Positions 1 to 8,889 are shown, counted from the first letter of the stretch. The stretch: 17,812 nucleotides of DNA from Candidatus Eiseniibacteriota bacterium (GCA_041483195.1 JBGPFC010000056.1:1-17812); one strand, 5' to 3'. The notes: a model not told the origin generated them from the letters alone. Translations and numbers: made by a program.

Positions 1-1911
1 CACTACGCGGCGCGGCTGGTGCCGAAGGTGTGGACGCTGACGCTGATCCGGCAGAGCCGGATCTTCCAGAACAAGAGCACGCCGGAGATCCTGAAGGCGG
101 TGCTGGAGAAGGCGGGGATCCCGGCGGACCAGTACAAGCAGTCGCTGAAGGGGGACTATCCGCCGCGCAAGTACTGCGTGCAGTACCGGGAGTCGGACTT
201 CGACTTCATCTCGCGGCTGATGGAGGAGGAGGGGATCTGGTACTGCTTCGAGCACGACGAGGAGCAGTGCGTGATGGTGATGGGGGACGACGCCTCGACG
301 CCGGCGGTGATCGAGGGCGAGGAGGCGGTGGTGTTCCGGGAGGGCGAGGGTGGGATGGCGGGGGGCGAGTCGGTGAACGGCTTCCGCTACGGGCGCTCGA
401 TGGAGACCGGGGCGGTGGTGCTGCAGGAGTACGACTTCAAGAAGCCGAAGCAGAAGCTGAAGGTGGAGGCGAAGGCGGAGACGGATTCGCACCTGCAGTC
501 GTACGACTATCCGGGGGAGTATCCGGACGCGACGCTGGGGAAGCGGATGGCGCAGGTGCGGCTGGAGGAGCATCAGGCGGAGCGGGAGCTGGGGGTGGGG
601 GAGAGCAACTGCCGGCGGCTGATCTCGGGCTACCGGTTCAAGCTGGACGAGCACCCGGTGGAGGAGCTGAACCAGGAGTACCTGCTGCTACGCCTCGAGC
701 ACTGGGGGGAGCAGGGCCAGGGCGGGCAGGAGGGCGGCGGCGGGGGGATGGGGGGCCGGGTGTACGAGAACGTGTTCGAGTGCATTCCATCGGCGATCGC
801 GTGGCGGCCGCCGCGGGTGACGCCGCGGCCGCGGGTGGAGGGGCCGCAGACGGCGATGGTGACGGGCCCATCGGGTGAAGAGATCCACGTCGACGAGTTC
901 GGGCGGGTGAAGGTGCGCTTCCACTGGGACCTCGAGGGACCCGAGGACGACAAGAGCTCCTGCTGGGTGCGGGTGAGTCAGGGTTACAGCGCGGGGTGGG
1001 TATTCCTGCCGCGCGTCGGCCAGGAGGCGATCGTCGAGTTTCTCGAGGGCGATCCCGACCGGCCGCTGATCACCGGCCGCTCGTACAACGGCACGAACAT
1101 CCACCCCTACGCGCTGCCGGGCTCGAAGACCAAGAGTTCGATCCAGTCGCAGACCTCGCCGGGCGGCGGAAGCTCGAACGAGGTCCGCTTCGAGGACCGG
1201 GCGGGCTCCGAGGAGATGTTCATGAACGCCTCGAAGGACATGAGCATCGACGTCGCGAACAACAAGACGAAGAGCGTCGTATCCAACGAGATGTGGACAG
1301 TGGGCTCGGACCAGACCTGGAGCATCGGTTCCAACCAGGACTTGAAAATCGACGAGAACGCCCAGCTCACGGTGGGCGGCAACGAAATCCTGAACGTGGA
1401 CGGCGACCAGCGCGAGGAGATCACCGGGAACCAGAGCATCACCATCGGCGGGATGAAGCTGGAGCGCGTCAAGGGCAACATGAACGAGGCCGTGGGCGGG
1501 TCGAAGAGCGAGACGATCGGATTGGCCTCCGCGCTGCTCGTCAAGGGGGACATGACGGAGGAATCCGAAAGCACCTGGCTGACCAAGGTCGGCGCCCTGC
1601 AGCTCATCAAGGTCAAGGGCGACGCCAAGCTCGATTCGAAAGGCAAGGTCTCGACGGTCTGCACGGCCGTGCGGCGAAAGGTCACCGGCGACATCGAGGT
1701 CGAAGCCAAGGCCCTGCACGTGACCATCGTCGGCGGCACTTACCAGGTCAAGGGCTCCGAGATCACCATCAAGGCGGACGCCATCATGCTCACGGTCGGG
1801 GGCAGCCTCATCAAGCTCGCGAGCGGCAACGTGAGCATCGAGTCGTCCGACATCGAGATGAAGTGCAGCGGATCGCTCGAGGACAAGGGATCCGTCATTC
1901 CGAAGAACTAG
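1..1911 (+). CDS. vgrG: T6SS spike protein VgrG/TssI, 5'-truncated by the window edge
   Basis: Frame open from base 1 (HYAARLVPKVW...). VgrG motifs YCVQYRESDFDFISRLMEEEGIWY, GPQTAMVTGPSGEEIHVDEFGRVKVRFHWD, SSCWVRVSQ, PRVGQEAIVEFLEGDPDRPLITGRSYN, NEVRFED. C-terminal gp5-like beta-helix repeats (TVGSDQ, TVGGNE, TIGG); no C-terminal effector extension. Confidence 0.97.
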   Translation, partial: HYAARLVPKVWTLTLIRQSRIFQNKSTPEILKAVLEKAGIPADQYKQSLKGDYPPRKYCVQYRESDFDFISRLMEEEGIWYCFEHDEEQCVMVMGDDASTPAVIEGEEAVVFREGEGGMAGGESVNGFRYGRSMETGAVVLQEYDFKKPKQKLKVEAKAETDSHLQSYDYPGEYPDATLGKRMAQVRLEEHQAERELGVGESNCRRLISGYRFKLDEHPVEELNQEYLLLRLEHWGEQGQGGQEGGGGGMGGRVYENVFECIPSAIAWRPPRVTPRPRVEGPQTAMVTGPSGEEIHVDEFGRVKVRFHWDLEGPEDDKSSCWVRVSQGYSAGWVFLPRVGQEAIVEFLEGDPDRPLITGRSYNGTNIHPYALPGSKTKSSIQSQTSPGGGSSNEVRFEDRAGSEEMFMNASKDMSIDVANNKTKSVVSNEMWTVGSDQTWSIGSNQDLKIDENAQLTVGGNEILNVDGDQREEITGNQSITIGGMKLERVKGNMNEAVGGSKSETIGLASALLVKGDMTEESESTWLTKVGALQLIKVKGDAKLDSKGKVSTVCTAVRRKVTGDIEVEAKALHVTIVGGTYQVKGSEITIKADAIMLTVGGSLIKLASGNVSIESSDIEMKCSGSLEDKGSVIPKN

Positions 1912-1957
1912 ACAGACCCGCGATTCAGAGGCCCATTCATCCCCCGGGATCCCGCCC

Positions 1958-3253
1958 ATGTTCTGGACCGACATCATCGAGGAGCACGTCGAAGAAGCGG
2001 CGTTCTGCTACGAGCAACGCCGCGCGGCGTTCGCCTCGAGGCAGTACCGCATCGAGACGCTGGCCGAGCTCGACGCGCGGCTCGTCGCGCACCTCGATGC
2101 CCTGCTGCTCTCCGAAGCCGAGGGCTGGGCGCAATCCGTCGCCGGGCTGGAATCCGAAAACGATGGGCCGGCCTTCGTCGCGGGATGGGTGGCGCTCGCG
2201 TCCGGGAGCGTGGAGTGGATCGGCGCGCTGGCGAAGGCGCTCGCCGCGCCGAAGGCGCTCCGCGGCCTGAGCGCAGCCTTGCGCCTCGCTCCGGGGGATG
2301 GCGTCGTGCCGGCGCTCGAGAAGTTTGCGGCGGCCGATCCGCTCGGTCCGCGCGCCCTCGCGCTCGACGCGCTCGCTTATCGCGGCCGCCCGGTCGAGCC
2401 GCGCGCGGTTCAGGCGCTGCTCGACGCCGCGAAGACCGCGGCGATCGGCGCGGGCCTCGCGATCATCGGGCGCCGGCGCATCGCGGCGCTCGCGGGCGGC
2501 GTGACCCGCGCGCTCGAGCATCCGCATCCCGCCGTGGCGCTCGCCGCGCTGCGTGCGGCACTGCGCCTGGAATTGCCGGGGGCGTTGCCCGCGCTGCGGG
2601 CGCGCGCCGCCGTAGACGATCCGCCCGGCGCCGAAGCGGTCCAGCTGCTGGGACTCGCGGGCGATGCCTCTGACATGAAGCTGTTGAGCCAGGCGGCGCG
2701 CACCGAAGCTCGCGGCCGCGCGGGGGTCGTCGCGCTCGGCCGGCTCGGGCACGCGGGGGGCGTGGAGACCTTGATCGCCGCGACCGAGAACGCGAAGCTC
2801 GCGCGCGTCGCGGGCCTCGCGCTCGAGACGCTGTTGGGCGTGGACCTGGTCGCCGCGAAGCTCGCGGCGCCGAAGCCGCCGGCGGCGGAAGGCGAGGAGG
2901 CGCTCGCGCTCGATCCAGACGTGGACCTGCCGACGCCGGATCCCAAGCGGATCCGCGCGTGGTGGAGCGAGCGCAAGACGCAACCCGACCGCGACGCGCG
3001 ACTGCGGCACGGCCAGCCCTTCGCGTGGGACGCCGTGGCGGGCGAAGCGCGCGACGGATTGCTGCCCGATCGCGACGCGGCGCTCCAGGAGATCGCGCTG
3101 CGGCTTCCGGCCGTGGCGTTCGTCGAGCGGAGCGACTGGGCCGCGCGCCAGCGCGACGCGACGGCGGGCCTCGCGGCCGAGGTGGCGGGCGCGACCCGCA
3201 AGCACACGCCGGGATCATGGACATCGTCGCCGGCCCAGCCGGGCCGGTCGTGA
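1958..3253 (+). CDS. TIGR02270-family HEAT/ARM-repeat-like T6SS accessory protein
   Basis: N-terminal IIEEHVEEAAF...LDARLVAHLDALL, Ala/Leu helical repeats, C-terminal DPDVDLPTPDP..RAWW..RLRHGQP. Lies between vgrG and DUF2169 as usual for this family. Confidence 0.8.
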   Translation: MFWTDIIEEHVEEAAFCYEQRRAAFASRQYRIETLAELDARLVAHLDALLLSEAEGWAQSVAGLESENDGPAFVAGWVALASGSVEWIGALAKALAAPKALRGLSAALRLAPGDGVVPALEKFAAADPLGPRALALDALAYRGRPVEPRAVQALLDAAKTAAIGAGLAIIGRRRIAALAGGVTRALEHPHPAVALAALRAALRLELPGALPALRARAAVDDPPGAEAVQLLGLAGDASDMKLLSQAARTEARGRAGVVALGRLGHAGGVETLIAATENAKLARVAGLALETLLGVDLVAAKLAAPKPPAAEGEEALALDPDVDLPTPDPKRIRAWWSERKTQPDRDARLRHGQPFAWDAVAGEARDGLLPDRDAALQEIALRLPAVAFVERSDWAARQRDATAGLAAEVAGATRKHTPGSWTSSPAQPGRS

Positions 3254-3273
3254 ATCAACCTGGGAGGCATCGC

Positions 3274-3753
3274 ATGTTGCTGGATCAACGTCGTCACAAG
3301 CCCGCGCCGTCCGCCGCGAAGCCGGAGCGCATCGGCGGCGCCCAGATCGGACGGGTCGTCGCGCTCGATGGAGCCGGCGCGCCGCTCGTGGACTATCCGG
3401 GCGCGCCCGCCGGCGCACGCCCCGCGGTGCTCGCGGCGCGCTGCCCGTGGGGCCTGCTCGAAGCCGGCATCGGGCATCACGTGGTGATGCTGTTCGAGAA
3501 CGGCGATCCGGCGCGGCCCCTGATCGTCGCGTGGGTCGAAGAGCCGGCCTCGGCGGCGGTCGGCACGCCGCGCAACCTCCGCGTGGATGGCGATCGCTTC
3601 GTGATCGAGGCGTCGCGCACCATCGAGTTGCGATGCGGCGAGGCGAGCCTCACGCTCACCGCCGACGGCAAGATCATGCTGAAGGGGCGAAACCTGCTCT
3701 CGCACGCGAAGCAGCTGAACCGGATTCGCGGCGCAGCGGTGCGGATCAACTGA
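3274..3753 (+). CDS. DUF6484-like T6SS-associated small protein (OB-fold/gp5-like)
   Basis: GGAGG at 3263-3267 before ATG 3274. Motifs GAPLVDYPG, VVMLFENGDPARPLIV, IELRCGEASLTLTADGKIMLKG, NRIRGAAVRIN. The ORF-track start at 2959 overlaps the upstream gene. Confidence 0.75.
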   Translation: MLLDQRRHKPAPSAAKPERIGGAQIGRVVALDGAGAPLVDYPGAPAGARPAVLAARCPWGLLEAGIGHHVVMLFENGDPARPLIVAWVEEPASAAVGTPRNLRVDGDRFVIEASRTIELRCGEASLTLTADGKIMLKGRNLLSHAKQLNRIRGAAVRIN

Positions 3754-3812
3754 TGGGCCGTCGCGGCGTTCGCAGCGCCCGGCATTCGCGCCGGTTCGCG
3801 GGGAGCTGAGCG

Positions 3813-4820
3813 TTGGAGCTCGCGAATCGCACCCCGTTTCCGGGCCAGCTCATCGTGGTCCCAGACCGCGACGGGTACGAGACGCTGGTCTCGGTGCTCA
3901 AGGGCACGTTCACGGTCGGTTCCGGCGCGTGTGAGCCCGCCGAAGAGCAGGCCGCGATCGTGGCCGCCGACGAGCCGTGGGGCGAGCCGGGCGCCTCGAG
4001 CACGCGTTACGAGTCGGACCTCGCGATCTTCAAGCCCGCGACCGACGTCGTGATGATCGGGCACGCGCATGCGCCGAAGAAGGGCACGCGCCAGATGGAC
4101 GTCTCGCTGCGGGTGGGCACGCTCGGACTCAAGGCGCGCGTGAGCGGCGATCGACACTGGGGCTACTTCCTCACGCTGCCCCGCATGTCGGCGCCCAAGC
4201 CGTTCGAGAAGATCCCGCTGGTGTTCGAGCGCGCGTTCGGCGGCGCCCAGCCCACGAAAGACGGAAAGGAAATCGAGTTCCTCGACGAGCGCAATCCCGT
4301 GGGGACCGGTTATGTGCGGAAGGGACGGCGCAAGTTCATCAACGGGCTCGCGGTGCCCAACATCGAGGACCCGCGCCGCCCGCTCAAGCGCCTCGGGCAG
4401 AAGCCGCCGCCCCTGGGTTTCGGCTATCTCGGCCGGCACTGGCTGGCGCGGCGCCAGTATCTCGGCACCTACGACAAGGCGTGGGAGGCGAATCGCCTGC
4501 CGCTCCTGCCGGAGGATTTCGACGAGCGCGCGTTCTGCGGCGCACCGGCCGCTCTGCAGGCGCTGCCGCACCTGGTGGGCGGCGAGCCGGTCCGCGCGAT
4601 CGGCGTGACCCCCGGCAAACCGCTGCGCTTCGATCTTCCCACCTACCGCCCCGCGATGGATGCCTACTTCGAGGGCAAGTGGGTCGCGCTCGAGCCCCTG
4701 CTCGACACCGTGGTGATCGAGCCGGACGTCCCGCGCGTCTGCCTCACGTGGCGCGCGCGGCTCCGCATCCACACCCGCGTGCGCGGGCTGCGCGGCGTGC
4801 GCATCCGGGAGGCGCGCTGA
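3813..4820 (+). CDS. DUF2169-family T6SS adaptor/chaperone
   Basis: TTG start with upstream GGAG. Motifs NRTPF, VLKGTF, YESDLAIFKPATDV, FERAFGG, NPVGTGY, GTYDKAW..LPEDFD, LDTVVIEPD..LTWR. Confidence 0.93.
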   Translation: MELANRTPFPGQLIVVPDRDGYETLVSVLKGTFTVGSGACEPAEEQAAIVAADEPWGEPGASSTRYESDLAIFKPATDVVMIGHAHAPKKGTRQMDVSLRVGTLGLKARVSGDRHWGYFLTLPRMSAPKPFEKIPLVFERAFGGAQPTKDGKEIEFLDERNPVGTGYVRKGRRKFINGLAVPNIEDPRRPLKRLGQKPPPLGFGYLGRHWLARRQYLGTYDKAWEANRLPLLPEDFDERAFCGAPAALQALPHLVGGEPVRAIGVTPGKPLRFDLPTYRPAMDAYFEGKWVALEPLLDTVVIEPDVPRVCLTWRARLRIHTRVRGLRGVRIREAR

Positions 4821-4822
4821 CC

Positions 4823-5902
4823 ATGGCGGCGGCAGGACGGCTCGGCATCGTGGGGGTGGGCAGCACGACCTCGCTCGGCGCGAGCACCAGGCAGCTGTGC
4901 GCGGCCCTGCGTGCGGGGCTCTCGCGCTTCGGCGAGAGCGAGGACTTTTCGTGCATGCCGCTCGACGACGTGGGCGGCGATCTGGAGCCCGCGCTGGTCG
5001 CGCCCGCGCGCAACGTGGATCCCGCGGCGAGCGGTCTCGATCGGCTGCTGGCCCTCACCGCGCCGGCGCTGGCCGAGGCGGCGCTCGATGCCGCGCTCAG
5101 GCGCGAGGACTTCGCGCGCGCGACGCTGCATCTCGTGCTCCCCGCAGCTTCGCGCCCCGGCCTCGCCGGGATCGAGGAGAAGTTCGTGCCCGAGCTGTGC
5201 AAGCGTGCCGCGCTGCCCGCGCCCGCCGCCGCCACCGCCTCGCGTGCCGGCAACAGCGGGTTCGCCGAGGCGCTGCGCGCCGCGCTGCGCGCGACCGCGG
5301 ACGACGAGGCCGCGCTCGCGATCGTGATCGGCGTCGATTCGCTGCTCGACAGCGCGACGATGAAGTGGCTGGATGCCGCGGGGCGGCTCAAGAGCTCGCG
5401 CAGCCCGGAGGGCGTCATCGCCGGCGAGGCGGCCGCGGTGTGCGTGCTCGAGCGGCGGCGCGCCGCGGAGTCGCGCGGTGCGAAGCCACGCGCCATGCTC
5501 GATGCCGTCGGCGTTGGCCAGGATCCCGCGACGGTCGCGAACCGGAAGCCGTGGACCGGCGACGGCATGTGCGCTGCGATGAGGAGCGCGTCCGCGCGGC
5601 TCGAACCGCCCAGGCCGCCCTGGGTGCTCACCGACATGAATGGCGACCGCTCGCGTGGGCAGGACTGGGGTTACGTCACCTCCCGCATGCACGAGCTGTT
5701 GCGCGGCCTGCGCGACACGTGGTACATCGCGGACATGCTCGGCGACGTGGGCGTCGCGGCCGGCGGGATCCTCGCGGCACGGGCGGCCGCGGCGTTCGAG
5801 CGCGAATACGCACCGTCGAGCGCGGCCTACCTGCTCCTGAGCTCCGACGACGGCGGCCGCGGGGCGATCGTGCTTTCTTCACCCAGGGGCGGAGGTGCCT
5901 GA
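4823..5902 (+). CDS. Thiolase/beta-ketoacyl-synthase-like T6SS accessory protein (PRK06147-like), probably non-catalytic
   Basis: ATG 2 nt after the DUF2169 stop, GGAGG upstream. KAS-like segments IVGVGSTTSLG..AALRAGLSRF, IVIGVDS, EGVIAGEAAA, DMNGD, LGDVGVAAG. The usual catalytic Cys and His positions read GNSG and LGDVG. Confidence 0.85.
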   Translation: MAAAGRLGIVGVGSTTSLGASTRQLCAALRAGLSRFGESEDFSCMPLDDVGGDLEPALVAPARNVDPAASGLDRLLALTAPALAEAALDAALRREDFARATLHLVLPAASRPGLAGIEEKFVPELCKRAALPAPAAATASRAGNSGFAEALRAALRATADDEAALAIVIGVDSLLDSATMKWLDAAGRLKSSRSPEGVIAGEAAAVCVLERRRAAESRGAKPRAMLDAVGVGQDPATVANRKPWTGDGMCAAMRSASARLEPPRPPWVLTDMNGDRSRGQDWGYVTSRMHELLRGLRDTWYIADMLGDVGVAAGGILAARAAAAFEREYAPSSAAYLLLSSDDGGRGAIVLSSPRGGGA

Positions 5903-6384
5903 TGCCGGCGACGGTGGTGGTGAACATGATGACGGTGGTGCACGCCAGCAGCAGCGGCATGGCGATGTTCATGCCCGACGTATGCCTCACGCCCGCGCCG
6001 CCCGCGCCGCCGATCCCGATTCCATACCCCAACATCGCGCAATCGAGCCAGATCTCGGATGGCAGCACCACGGTGAAGTGTGATGGCAATCCGGTCATGG
6101 TCCAGGACTCGAAGTTCAGCACCAGCAGCGGCGACGAGGCGGGCAGCGCGGGCGGAGGCGTGGTGACGCACACCCAGAAGGGCAAGGCCGAGTTCGTGAA
6201 CTTCTCGTTCGACGTGAAGTTCGACGGCAAGATGGTGGGCCGGCTGCTCGATCCGATGCTCGGGAACGAGATGTCGGCCAAGCCGCCCAACACGCCGCCC
6301 TCGCCCGAAATGCAGGCGCCAGCGGTCGCCGTGCCGATGCCGGAGCCGCCCTCCGGCGACTGGTCCATCGCGAGCTCGGGGTAG
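5902..6384 (+). CDS. DUF4150 (PIPY / PAAR-like) spike-tip protein, stand-alone
   Basis: TGATG overlap with the previous gene and GGAGG at 5891-5895. Motifs PDVCLTP, PIPIPYPN, STTVKCDG, SSGDEAGS, FSFDVKFDGKMVGRLLD. Short Pro-rich tail. Confidence 0.92.
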   Translation: MPATVVVNMMTVVHASSSGMAMFMPDVCLTPAPPAPPIPIPYPNIAQSSQISDGSTTVKCDGNPVMVQDSKFSTSSGDEAGSAGGGVVTHTQKGKAEFVNFSFDVKFDGKMVGRLLDPMLGNEMSAKPPNTPPSPEMQAPAVAVPMPEPPSGDWSIASSG

Positions 6385-6393
6385 GACGCCTTC

Positions 6394-7788
6394 ATGTCCA
6401 AGCAGTACGTGAATCTCAATCCCACCGCGGAGAACCCGCCGCGCGACGAGTACGGGCAGACGGTGAAGCTCAAGGCGTCGATCGCCGAGACCAAGCCCGG
6501 CGCCGCCGACACCGCGAAGGCGTTCTTCTTCATCGAGCCCGGCGGGAAGAACATGGACTTCAAGTACCTTCCCAAGAGCGGTCGGCCGGCGGCCTTCTAC
6601 CAGGATCCCAAGTACATCGTGCCGGCCGACGTGATCGACAAGAACGCGGTGGCCCAGGCGCAGATCTCGATCGCGGGCGGCGACACGTTCACGTTCAAGC
6701 GCGGGAAGGAGCGCGACAAGTCCGACTCCGCGAGCTACGGCAGCCTCGAGGCCGTCGTGTGGCGCAAGGTGATCGTGCGGCTCGGCCACATGAAGGGCTG
6801 CACGCCGATCGATCCCACGACGCTCACCAAGGATTTCGACCCGGTGTTCATCGAGGTCGAGAAGGACGGGGCCGATCACGAGCTCACCCACGCTTCGTTC
6901 GTCCAGGACGAGAACGCGGTTCTGGTCGAGCTCGCCGGCAAGTACGGCGCGCCCCCGACCCAGCCTTTCTGCACCGTTCCCACCGTATTCGTGGACCGCA
7001 TCGCATCGCCGGGGCAGCTCGACGTTCACGAGTTCTACATTCCCGAGGAGTTCGAGCGCACCAAGATTCAGTACGTCGAGTTCGATGGCCTGACGTGGCC
7101 GATGGGGAACGAGTGGCTCGTGAGCGGAGAGATCGAGGCGAGGGACAAGGACAACAAGGTGCGCGCGACCTGGAGCGATCTGCTGAAGCACGTGTCGCCC
7201 CGCACCTCGGGCGATGGTCTGCACTTCAAGCACCCGGAAGGGGGATACGCCTCGAGCCAGCTGAAACTCGACGCCGGCACGCTCGGCACCGCGTTCGACG
7301 ATTGGCTGAAGGCGGGCGAGGGGAAGCTCAAGATCACCGCGAAGATCAACATCCTCTCGGACGTCGCGAACGGCTTCTCCGCCAACGACAAGCCGCTGGT
7401 CGTGGTCGCGGTCCGCGATCCCTGGAGCGGGGCGGACCGCACCAAGATGGATCGGACCGTCGTCCACGAGTTCGGGCACGCGTTCGGGCTGGGCCACAAG
7501 GAGGTCCCCCTGTTCGACGCGGACAAGGGCGATCCCGCCGGCACCGAGAAGAACGGCTTGTGGTACGTGCAGAAGGGCGGCCAGGGCCCGCACTGCCATA
7601 CCGGCGCGACCGACAACGCCACCTCCGGCAATTGGGAGGACGGCTCCTGCGTCATGTTGGGATACGCTGCGACTACGCGGAAGACCTACTGCGAGAAGTG
7701 CATCTCGATCCTGAAACGAGCGCCGCTGAACAAGCTCGGACTGGTGACGATCAACAAGGAGGAATGGTGGAACATGACCAACACTTGA
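6394..7788 (+). CDS. Metzincin-type zinc metallopeptidase, candidate T6SS cargo effector
   Basis: HEFGHAFGLGH (HExxHxxGxxH) at 7465-7497, downstream CVM Met-turn and YCEKC. No signal peptide. Directly follows the PAAR-like gene. Confidence 0.75.
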   Translation: MSKQYVNLNPTAENPPRDEYGQTVKLKASIAETKPGAADTAKAFFFIEPGGKNMDFKYLPKSGRPAAFYQDPKYIVPADVIDKNAVAQAQISIAGGDTFTFKRGKERDKSDSASYGSLEAVVWRKVIVRLGHMKGCTPIDPTTLTKDFDPVFIEVEKDGADHELTHASFVQDENAVLVELAGKYGAPPTQPFCTVPTVFVDRIASPGQLDVHEFYIPEEFERTKIQYVEFDGLTWPMGNEWLVSGEIEARDKDNKVRATWSDLLKHVSPRTSGDGLHFKHPEGGYASSQLKLDAGTLGTAFDDWLKAGEGKLKITAKINILSDVANGFSANDKPLVVVAVRDPWSGADRTKMDRTVVHEFGHAFGLGHKEVPLFDADKGDPAGTEKNGLWYVQKGGQGPHCHTGATDNATSGNWEDGSCVMLGYAATTRKTYCEKCISILKRAPLNKLGLVTINKEEWWNMTNT

Positions 7789-7885
7789 GCGCGAGGGGCC
7801 AGGCCCGCGTTCTCGCGGCGCTTCACGCGCCCCGCCGGCGAACCGGCTGGCGTGCGGCCGGCCGAATCGACCCGGGGAGCGCCGC

Positions 7886-8419
7886 GTGAACACCCCGGAT
7901 GCGGCGGGCGGCGACCTCGCGTTTCTCGGCATCACGCTGCCATCGCGCGCGCCCTGCGAGGCGACGCCCGCCATGGCGGAAGATGGCCGCGGCTTTCGAA
8001 TCGCGGCCCCGCGGCGCGTGAACGCCGGCGATGGCGTGAGGCTTCCCATCTGCGGCGTGTGGCAGTTCGGGCCGGAACGGCGCGAGCTGGCGTTCGAGCT
8101 GTGGGAGGCGTGCGTGCTGGTACTGGTCGACGTGACGCACAATCGCGCGCGTGCCGTGACCCTGCGCGATCCCTCGCGCACCCCGGTGGAGCCGCTCCCG
8201 AAGCCGCCCGACTCCGATCCGGGCGCGGGCGGCCGAGCGGCTCCGTCCGACGGGCCGGTGAAGCGGGCGTCGCTCACTGCGGGCTACTACAATTTCGATC
8301 TCACCCGGTTCATCCCGCTGCCCCCTGCGCCCGCCGTGTACTACGTGTTTCTCACCCAGGCTCAGTACCACTCCAACACCGTCCGGGTGGAAGCGGTCGC
8401 GCCACCTGAGGAGAAGTGA
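7886..8419 (+). CDS. Hypothetical protein, candidate immunity/accessory protein A
   Basis: GGGGAG SD at 7874-7879 before GTG, protein-like composition, GTGA overlap with the next gene, C-terminal motif shared with the next gene. Confidence 0.65.
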   Translation: MNTPDAAGGDLAFLGITLPSRAPCEATPAMAEDGRGFRIAAPRRVNAGDGVRLPICGVWQFGPERRELAFELWEACVLVLVDVTHNRARAVTLRDPSRTPVEPLPKPPDSDPGAGGRAAPSDGPVKRASLTAGYYNFDLTRFIPLPPAPAVYYVFLTQAQYHSNTVRVEAVAPPEEK

Positions 8420-8835
8420 CCGTGAGCGAGCAGTTTCCGAACTTCGCGCGGAACGACGCATCGCCAAAGCTGCAGCCGGAGATCGGAGGCATCGCGGTGT
8501 CGGCGGGCGACGGCCGGATCGCCGAGGTCGTGCTGCGCGGCGCGTTCCGCGTGCTGCCGGGCGACCGCGGCGAATTGAAGAACGCCGCGCTGCGGGCGCA
8601 GGCGTGGGTGGTCGCGGTCGAGCGCGGGTCGCGCTCGATCCATCTCGGACAACCGGGCGCGGCCGCGGTGGTGTTCGATGGCGAGGAGGCGAAGACCGGC
8701 GCGGTCGATGGTTGGTTCAACGTGGGCCTCGCCGAGTGCTGCAAGCTGCCGAAGTCCGGTGCCGGGCTCTACGACGTGACCGCGGTGATCGGTCCATACA
8801 AGTCGCCCCCGATCGCTGTGAAACTGCGCGCGTGA
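8416..8835 (+). CDS. Hypothetical protein, candidate immunity/accessory protein B (start may be GTG 8422)
   Basis: GAGGAG at 8408-8413, overlap with the upstream stop, motif GWFNVGL...LP...YDV...YKS similar to the upstream gene. Confidence 0.7.
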   Translation: MTVSEQFPNFARNDASPKLQPEIGGIAVSAGDGRIAEVVLRGAFRVLPGDRGELKNAALRAQAWVVAVERGSRSIHLGQPGAAAVVFDGEEAKTGAVDGWFNVGLAECCKLPKSGAGLYDVTAVIGPYKSPPIAVKLRA

Positions 8836-8889
8836 TCGCGCGCGCCGGGCGGGCCGGCCCGCGACGCGTGCGCGCTCGGACCCGCGGCG

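Noticed and set aside
7756..7889. AAGGAGG followed by a 41-aa ORF (MVEHDQ...) bridging the protease and the next gene
   Set aside because: The SD-like sequence is explained by Lys-Glu-Glu codons, spacing to the ATG is 1 nt, and the peptide is featureless.
8836..8889. GC-rich hairpin between the convergent operons
   Set aside because: No U-tract on either strand and such stems are common at this GC content; not called as a terminator.
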